From a virus, in the IMG/VR virus record IMGVR_UViG_3300020048_000015, positions 32,001 to 96,000 of that record: 64,000 bases of DNA. One strand, given 5' to 3'. The position numbers were made by a program, and so were the translations under genes. Shown here one piece after another: positions 58,211 to 64,000 of the stretch. Under the pieces are notes generated by a model that saw only the letters and a program-made list of their open reading frames with translations, searched no databases and was not told where the DNA came from. Each line of letters opens with the position of its first letter. Position 1 is the stretch's first letter.

Positions 58211-58891
58211 TTAAATTATATCAAAAACAATGCAGGTATCACCAAAATTTTCACCTTTGTAAGACCACCAAATTCCACCCTCCCTCAAGACATCAATCTT
58301 AGGTGGTTTTGATACAAATTCATATCCATCGAAACTTCCATATCTATATTCACTTAACCAATTATACTTTCTAGTATCATAACTTCTATTACCAATATTT
58401 TTCCATTTTCCACATCCCTGAAGATCGTAATTTACATATATAATTCTTGTTCCAACATTAGCAGTCTTGAATATTTGAGAAATTATATCATACATATCTT
58501 TATCTTTAACCATTGGTCTATACATATATATAACATCTAAATTAGAATAATTGAATTTTTTAGCATCTCCATATACTACTGATATATCTTTGTGATATTC
58601 TTTATATTTAGTTTGTATTTCTATTCCACTTGCATCCATCCCAAACTTTTCTGCTAACCTTACAATATTACCAAATCCACATCCAATATCAACAAATTTA
58701 GAACCTTTTAAGTATTTTTCAAAAATAGATGTAATGAATGTACCAACTGGTATGGCATCAAATTTATTATCTAAAGGGGTATTATTTCTATCTTTAAAAC
58801 CACCAATTCTTTTGGCTTTTCTATATAGACTTAGATAGAATCTATCAATTTCAGATTGATCAAAGTTTTCAAATAATTTTAAGTATTTCAT
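58211..58891 (-). CDS. Class I SAM-dependent methyltransferase carrying the LRR-family 16-aa N-terminus
   Basis: MKYLKLFENFDQSEID; FVDIGCGFGN, GIE, GDA, DVIYMYRP. Confidence 0.8.
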   Translation of the reverse strand: MKYLKLFENFDQSEIDRFYLSLYRKAKRIGGFKDRNNTPLDNKFDAIPVGTFITSIFEKYLKGSKFVDIGCGFGNIVRLAEKFGMDASGIEIQTKYKEYHKDISVVYGDAKKFNYSNLDVIYMYRPMVKDKDMYDIISQIFKTANVGTRIIYVNYDLQGCGKWKNIGNRSYDTRKYNWLSEYRYGSFDGYEFVSKPPKIDVLREGGIWWSYKGENFGDTCIVFDII

Positions 58892-59259
58892 TATATATAA
58901 GTATAATATTTAATTTCTTTTGGTAATTCTACCTGTTTATCATAATATTCATTAAAATCTTCAATAGCTTCTTCCAATCTATGTTTAACAATTTTAAAAT
59001 CCTTTCTTAAAAAATTATATGTTTCTTGATAGTCTAAATAAATATTCACATCCCCATTAAATAAATCTACTATATCCCATCCTACAATTCTATTAAATTC
59101 AAGTGGTATTTTAGTTAAATCCATCTTATAAAAATCAACATCAGCAAGAACATCAATTGTTCCATCGGTATTTATTGTATAGTATTTAATGTTATATTCT
59201 TTACATATTTTAATAATTTCTGATTTATTAAAGTTTTCAAATAATTTTATGTATAGCAT
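58891..59259 (-). CDS. Variable LRR-like family, 0 repeats (caps only)
   Basis: N-cap joined directly to C-cap. Confidence 0.8.
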   Translation of the reverse strand: MLYIKLFENFNKSEIIKICKEYNIKYYTINTDGTIDVLADVDFYKMDLTKIPLEFNRIVGWDIVDLFNGDVNIYLDYQETYNFLRKDFKIVKHRLEEAIEDFNEYYDKQVELPKEIKYYTYI

Positions 59260-59303
59260 AATTTTTTTATTTTTATATATTAATATATAAAAATAAAAAA
59301 ATT

Positions 59304-60140
59304 ATGCTAATTAAAAATGATACCCAATCTTTAGGCAGGAATATTTTATTTAACTTGTTAAGCGAATTAGGATATACTGATATTAAAGATTTTCAAAGTA
59401 AAAATGGTTTAGATTCTGATGGATTATTTGGTATGAATTCTTATAATAAATTATATAAGATATTATTAAATGTTCAAGAAATACCATTTGATGGATTCTA
59501 CTTTAAAGAATTATTTCCAAAAAAACAAATAATTTGGCATCATTCCGCTGGTTGGGATAATGCAAGAGGTATGTTTGAATGGTGGAAAGCAGATAAAGTA
59601 ATACACGTTGCAACAGCAATTGGAATTAGTGATGATGGTAAAATAAGCAGAGGATTTGATGAATCATATTGGGCTGCTGCTATTGGATGTAAATCTAATG
59701 TTTTTACAGATAATGGTGTTCCATTAATTTATAAAAATGGAACTATTTATAACAATAGATCGTTAGACGAACAAGCAGTTGCAGTTGAAGTTTGTAATTG
59801 GGGATCACTTACAGTAAAAGATAGTAAATACTATTCTTGGAGTAATGCAGAAATAAACAAAGATAAAGTTATTGAATTAAACTACAAAAATACCAAGTAT
59901 TACGAAGCTTACACAGATGCTGAAATAAAAGCTTTAAAATATTGGACATTATTAGTAGCTATGAGATTTGATATTCCATTAGTATATAATTATGATGACT
60001 TTTTTAAAGTAAGTAAAAAGGCTTTATCAGGTGAAAAAGGTTTATTCACACACAATTCTTATAGAGTTGATAAGAATGATGTTAGCCCACAACCTAAATT
60101 GATTGAAATGGCAAAAGCTTTAGAATCTTATACAAAATAA
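59304..60140 (+). CDS. Endolysin, N-acetylmuramoyl-L-alanine amidase with N-terminal PG-binding-like domain
   Basis: FQSKNGLDSDGLFG; IIWHHSAG, AVEVCNWG, YTDAEI, THNS..KND. Confidence 0.8.
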   Translation: MLIKNDTQSLGRNILFNLLSELGYTDIKDFQSKNGLDSDGLFGMNSYNKLYKILLNVQEIPFDGFYFKELFPKKQIIWHHSAGWDNARGMFEWWKADKVIHVATAIGISDDGKISRGFDESYWAAAIGCKSNVFTDNGVPLIYKNGTIYNNRSLDEQAVAVEVCNWGSLTVKDSKYYSWSNAEINKDKVIELNYKNTKYYEAYTDAEIKALKYWTLLVAMRFDIPLVYNYDDFFKVSKKALSGEKGLFTHNSYRVDKNDVSPQPKLIEMAKALESYTK

Positions 60141-60173
60141 ATTAAACTTTTTAGAAAGCATATCATATAAGAT

Positions 60174-60494
60174 ATGCTTTCTTTAATTTTAAAAAATAAT
60201 AATATGAACAAAATTACAAAAACAAACCAGGAAACAATCACAATCACAAGTTCAGAAAAATCTTTTAAAGTATTAACTTCTAAACAAAAAGATTTGTTTT
60301 ATGTCATAACAGAATCACCCGTTTCATTTACATTAATGTCATCTGCCGAATTAATGGAAAAGTTTGATATTGAATTAAATGACCTACCAAATTCAGAAAA
60401 TAATTATACTGTAACAAAAAGTGAAATATTAGCTAACCCAAATAATTATTCATTAGGCGGAGTCGTAAGAAAAAAACTATATAATGGAAATTAA
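60174..60494 (+). CDS. Hypothetical protein
   Basis: ORF; start may be MNKITK. Confidence 0.55.
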   Translation: MLSLILKNNNMNKITKTNQETITITSSEKSFKVLTSKQKDLFYVITESPVSFTLMSSAELMEKFDIELNDLPNSENNYTVTKSEILANPNNYSLGGVVRKKLYNGN

Positions 60495-60765
60495 AGAAAT
60501 ACAAAACAAAAAAGTAGAAATCATAACTGATATAATTTGTGATTCATGTGGACAAAGCTGTAAAGTTAGAGAAGATATAATTGATAATGATTTAAGAATA
60601 GACCATGTACAACCTTCTTATAGTTTTGAATTTATGGATTTAGAAGCCCATTGGGGTTATGATAGTGGAAAAGATTGTGAAAGTTGGTCTGCACAAATTT
60701 GTGAAAAATGTGTTGATGAAAAATTATCATTTATAAAATTCAAAAAGAAAGAATATGGAAAATGA
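60484..60765 (+). CDS. Small zinc-binding protein
   Basis: CDSCG...ICEKC. Confidence 0.65.
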   Translation: MEIKEIQNKKVEIITDIICDSCGQSCKVREDIIDNDLRIDHVQPSYSFEFMDLEAHWGYDSGKDCESWSAQICEKCVDEKLSFIKFKKKEYGK

Positions 60766-61012
60766 AATCCAAAAAGAATTATTAAATTTTTTAGAACCAT
60801 TATTGATACCACATCAATTCAAAAAGGACTTCGTAGAAGAAGACGAAGTATTAATTTGGAAGAATGATGGAGAAACTTTAAGAAACCTTATTATTCATGA
60901 TGATGGAACTATGTGTTTATCAATAATAAATATTAATGATTCAAGAAAAAAACTTAGTTTTTTTGAAAGTACAGATAACCCAGAAGAAATTGTAAAATAC
61001 TTACTACTATGA
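60755..61012 (+). CDS. Hypothetical protein
   Basis: Coupled ORF. Confidence 0.6.
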   Translation: MENEIQKELLNFLEPLLIPHQFKKDFVEEDEVLIWKNDGETLRNLIIHDDGTMCLSIININDSRKKLSFFESTDNPEEIVKYLLL

Positions 61013-61599
61013 AAAATTTAATTTTAATTTTTTTATCATTATTATTTACACCAAATAATAATGATACACCACCTTTAAGAGCTTTATTTATTGGTGATAG
61101 TCTTACTTGCTATGCAAATGGTTGGCAACAACAATTATCAGAAAAATATGACTACCAATATACTAATATATCATCAGGTGGTAAAAGAACTCTTTGGATG
61201 GTTAATACATTAACAAATCATTTAAATAAAGATGATAATTATAGTAATGTTTTTATATATGGTGGTTGTAATGATGCCTTTTCATATGTTGATTTACAAA
61301 GCTCTGTAAATAACATACAAAAAATGGTAGATTTATGTAATTCAAGAAGAATAAAACCTTATGTTATTATAGGCTATAATCCAGCTAAAGTAATCTTGAA
61401 AACACCATATAGCAATGAAATAACAAAAAGATCAAGGGAACGCTATATAGAATTGCAAAAACTAATGAATGGACTTAGAAATTGTGTTATAATCCCTATG
61501 GATACAACAGTAACATATTCTGATAGTGAAGATGGTGTCCACTTAAAGGGTTCAGGACATAGAAAATTTGGTAATTGGGTAATAAACAAAATGAAATAA
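61009..61599 (+). CDS. Secreted SGNH/GDSL hydrolase
   Basis: Signal peptide; FIGDSLT, SGG, GGCND, DGVHL. Confidence 0.85.
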   Translation: MKNLILIFLSLLFTPNNNDTPPLRALFIGDSLTCYANGWQQQLSEKYDYQYTNISSGGKRTLWMVNTLTNHLNKDDNYSNVFIYGGCNDAFSYVDLQSSVNNIQKMVDLCNSRRIKPYVIIGYNPAKVILKTPYSNEITKRSRERYIELQKLMNGLRNCVIIPMDTTVTYSDSEDGVHLKGSGHRKFGNWVINKMK

Positions 61600-61600
61600 T

Positions 61601-61831
61601 ATGAAATCACCAATAAGCCCAACAACTGGAAAAGAAATGATTTTACTATCAGAAAATAAAACCTTTATTAAAAGGGGCATAGAAATTGAAATACAATATC
61701 AATTTTATCTTTGTATAGATAGTGGTGAAAAATATACAACAACTGAATTAGAAGAAATCAATCTGAATCTTTTAGATTCAGAATTCAAAAGATTAAGTAG
61801 AGAATTAAGAATAAATGACATCATAAACTGA
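61601..61831 (+). CDS. MqsA/HigA-type antitoxin N-terminal-like domain with C-terminal tag
   Basis: SPTTGKEM..L..EN..F....I...FYLCIDSGEKYTT; ends RELRINDIIN. Confidence 0.55.
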   Translation: MKSPISPTTGKEMILLSENKTFIKRGIEIEIQYQFYLCIDSGEKYTTTELEEINLNLLDSEFKRLSRELRINDIIN

Positions 61832-61845
61832 TGTCATTTTTTTTT
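61813..61845. terminator. Intrinsic terminator
   Basis: aaatgacatca/tgatgtcattt then T-tract. Confidence 0.7.
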
Positions 61846-62575
61846 ATTTTTCATAATCAACTATATTAACTAAATCCTTTATGATATTATCTATTATATA
61901 GAATCCATTATTATAATTTGGATCCTTATATAATTTAATATTTAATCTACTTGAATCTATTTCATAAATTATCCATTTATCATTTATTTTATTCTTACTG
62001 TTTTTCATTTTATTTGCAAAATAATTAATCTTCATTCTATTTATAAGATTGTAACAATCATTAATGTTTTCACAAACATATATTCTATCTAAATGCTTTG
62101 ACAATTTATTTTTTGATTTTGGCACTAAGCCATATTTTAAAATATCAGTTTTATATTCTTGTATTGAAAGATGGAATAGTTTTTTTGGTATATTAGTTTC
62201 TATATCATATTTTGATTCATATATTATTTCAACTGTTTGAAAATATTTACTATTATCACTTTTAAGCATATCTTCATCATAAGAAAATTCATTCACCATA
62301 CCAGAAAAATTAGTTATAATCATCTTACTTGGAAACCAACCATGTCTATCTATAAATAAATTATCAATTACATCTAAATATAATCCAATTCCAATTATAT
62401 ATCTATAATCTAATAATTCTAAAGATATTGTATTGTTTTGATTTATCCCAATATTAAAATTATAATTCAATAATGCCAATTCTGATTTAACATTACTAAC
62501 TGTTAAATCTATATTATGGGTTTTTAAAGTTTCATTTAATATAAACTCTGACCATTTTTTTATAAATAATTTCAT
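61844..62575 (-). CDS. Leader protein with a C-terminal ADP-ribosyltransferase-like (KptA/Tpt1-type) domain
   Basis: KLFHLS..IL.YGLVPK..DRIYV..IYEID..KDPNY..GFY; paralog of 62839. Confidence 0.55.
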   Translation of the reverse strand: MKLFIKKWSEFILNETLKTHNIDLTVSNVKSELALLNYNFNIGINQNNTISLELLDYRYIIGIGLYLDVIDNLFIDRHGWFPSKMIITNFSGMVNEFSYDEDMLKSDNSKYFQTVEIIYESKYDIETNIPKKLFHLSIQEYKTDILKYGLVPKSKNKLSKHLDRIYVCENINDCYNLINRMKINYFANKMKNSKNKINDKWIIYEIDSSRLNIKLYKDPNYNNGFYIIDNIIKDLVNIVDYEK

Positions 62576-62609
62576 TATCTATATATATAATTTAATATAT
62601 ATCCTATAT

Positions 62610-62855
62610 ATGGAAAATATTTTAAAATTTAAAGACTTCATCAGAGAAGGCGCATTACCACAAGAATCTACTGTTAAACAGTTAAAGAAAATCAAAAAGA
62701 AAATTGATAAAGAAATTGGTGGTGATATTGGTGATAAAATTTCTGATATGAATAAACAAGGTGCTAATATAGACTATATTAGAAACCCAATTGAAACTGG
62801 AATAGAATCTTATCAAGATTATCAAAAAAATAATAAAAATGATAAAAAAATTTAA
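62610..62855 (+). CDS. Small protein with leader
   Basis: MENILKFKDFIRE. Confidence 0.7.
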   Translation: MENILKFKDFIREGALPQESTVKQLKKIKKKIDKEIGGDIGDKISDMNKQGANIDYIRNPIETGIESYQDYQKNNKNDKKI

Positions 62856-63558
62856 TGAATATTTAGAAACATTAAACGAAGGAATTATAAAAACAACTGA
62901 TATAGATCAAACAATAAATAGTTCACATAATTTTTTATCTAAATTAAAAATAGACTATGAAATAACTAAATTTAATAATAAAATTTTATTAAAAATAAAT
63001 AGCTTTGATAATATACATTTAATAAGAGATATATTTAATACAATTGAATCATATTTTATAAATATGAATGGTTGGTTTCCATCTACTATGGATTTAGATA
63101 GTATACACAATTCAAATAAAATATTATCATATAACAATGAATATTTAATTGCAAGACAAAACTTTTTGAAATCAGTTACTTTATATTTTGAATCTAAATT
63201 TGATATTGAAGATATTATACCAAATAAATTATATCACTTATCTATACAAAATTTTGAAAAGGGAATTATAAAATATGGTTTAGTTCCAAAAGAAAAATCT
63301 AAATTAACACAGCATCCAGATAGAATTTATGTATGTAAAACAATTCAAGATTGTAAAAATTTAATTTATCAAATGAAGTTTTATTATAGCAATTTGAAAA
63401 TAGAAAATCCAAAAAACAAAATAAATGATAAATGGATAATATATGAAATAGATACTACATCAGTAAATAAATTATATAAAGATCCAAATTACAACAATGG
63501 ATTTTATATCTTAAATCCAATTAAACCAAGTGATATAAAAATAATAGAAAAGGAATGA
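62839..63558 (+). CDS. Paralog of 61844..62575, ART-like domain
   Basis: KLYHLS..II.YGLVPK..DRIYVC..IYEID..KDPNY.NGFY. Confidence 0.55.
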   Translation: MIKKFNEYLETLNEGIIKTTDIDQTINSSHNFLSKLKIDYEITKFNNKILLKINSFDNIHLIRDIFNTIESYFINMNGWFPSTMDLDSIHNSNKILSYNNEYLIARQNFLKSVTLYFESKFDIEDIIPNKLYHLSIQNFEKGIIKYGLVPKEKSKLTQHPDRIYVCKTIQDCKNLIYQMKFYYSNLKIENPKNKINDKWIIYEIDTTSVNKLYKDPNYNNGFYILNPIKPSDIKIIEKE

Positions 63559-64000
63559 TAATTAAAAAATATAAACTATTTATGGAAAGCAAAAATAGAA
63601 CTTATGATTATGGTTGTGTTATGGTATATTTAGATATATCTAATTGGGAAAGGATAATTTCAAATATAGATGAAAATGACCTATATAAACCAGAAGATGA
63701 ACATTATGGCAGAGAAACCGAACCACATCTAACACTTCTTTATGGATTACACAAAGAAGTTACTAAAGAAGAAATATCAACTATATTTAAAGATACAAAA
63801 TCAACAGATTTTAAAATTCAAATAGATGGTATAAGTATTTTTGAAAATGATGAATTTGATGTTGTTAAAATGGATATTAAATTAAATGATAAATTAACCC
63901 ATTATAATAGTGAATTGTCAAAATTACCAAATTCTAATTCTTATAAAGACTATAAACCACATTTAACAGTTGCTTATGTTAAAAAAGGATTAGGCAAAAA
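63555..64000 (+). CDS. 2H phosphoesterase with leader, 3'-truncated by the window end (not in ORF track)
   Basis: MIIKKYKLFMES...EPHLTLLYG...YKPHLTVAY; open to the window end. Confidence 0.8.
   Translation, partial: MIIKKYKLFMESKNRTYDYGCVMVYLDISNWERIISNIDENDLYKPEDEHYGRETEPHLTLLYGLHKEVTKEEISTIFKDTKSTDFKIQIDGISIFENDEFDVVKMDIKLNDKLTHYNSELSKLPNSNSYKDYKPHLTVAYVKKGLGK

Noticed and set aside
26357-59259. Diversity-generating retroelement behind the LRR variation
   Set aside because: No reverse transcriptase or template/variable repeat pair in the window. By eye, differences are not confined to adenines. An element elsewhere in the genome cannot be excluded.
1-64000. Stop-codon reassignment as in some large phages
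   Set aside because: Conserved genes are full length in the standard code and end in TAA, TGA or TAG. Both major interruptions have specific explanations.
1-64000. tRNA, rRNA or tmRNA genes
   Set aside because: No T-loop/D-loop cloverleaf seen in the few long intergenic gaps. A tRNAscan/Infernal run would be decisive.

Overview
Very AT-rich, gene-dense DNA in the standard genetic code. It reads as part of a large T4-like (jumbo) phage genome. The host is probably a Bacteroidota species, because TAnnTTTG-type promoters are present. Recognisable genes: two type IIA topoisomerase subunits, a T4 Rnh-like 5'-3' nuclease, NusG, UvsE, DnaK, an FKBP PPIase, an adenine methyltransferase, an Rnl1-type RNA ligase, a CCA-adding-type enzyme, an RlaP-like nucleotidyltransferase, two 2H phosphoesterases, an HD alarmone-hydrolase-like protein, a two-component pair, an amidase endolysin, an SLT-like lysin, an SGNH hydrolase and three homing-endonuclease-like ORFs. 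Features the ORF track does not explain: (1) the topoisomerase ATPase/TOPRIM gene is fractured by a naturally split intein, with a duplicated block-B motif and a decayed Vsr-like endonuclease between the halves; (2) dnaK is interrupted by a 312-nt ORF-less group I intron; (3) twelve paralogous small LRR-like proteins with shared caps carry 0-5 variable 21-aa repeats, mostly in translationally coupled arrays; (4) more than 30 unrelated proteins share an N-terminal MK(Y/H)(L/I)KxF(E/N)xF-like leader resembling T4 capsid-targeting sequences, suggesting a large injected-protein payload; (5) about 10 other small proteins share a C-terminal RxxK(I/L)xx(L/I)L tag. No CRISPR array, tRNA, rRNA or reverse transcriptase was seen. 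All family assignments come from motif recognition by eye, with no database searches.
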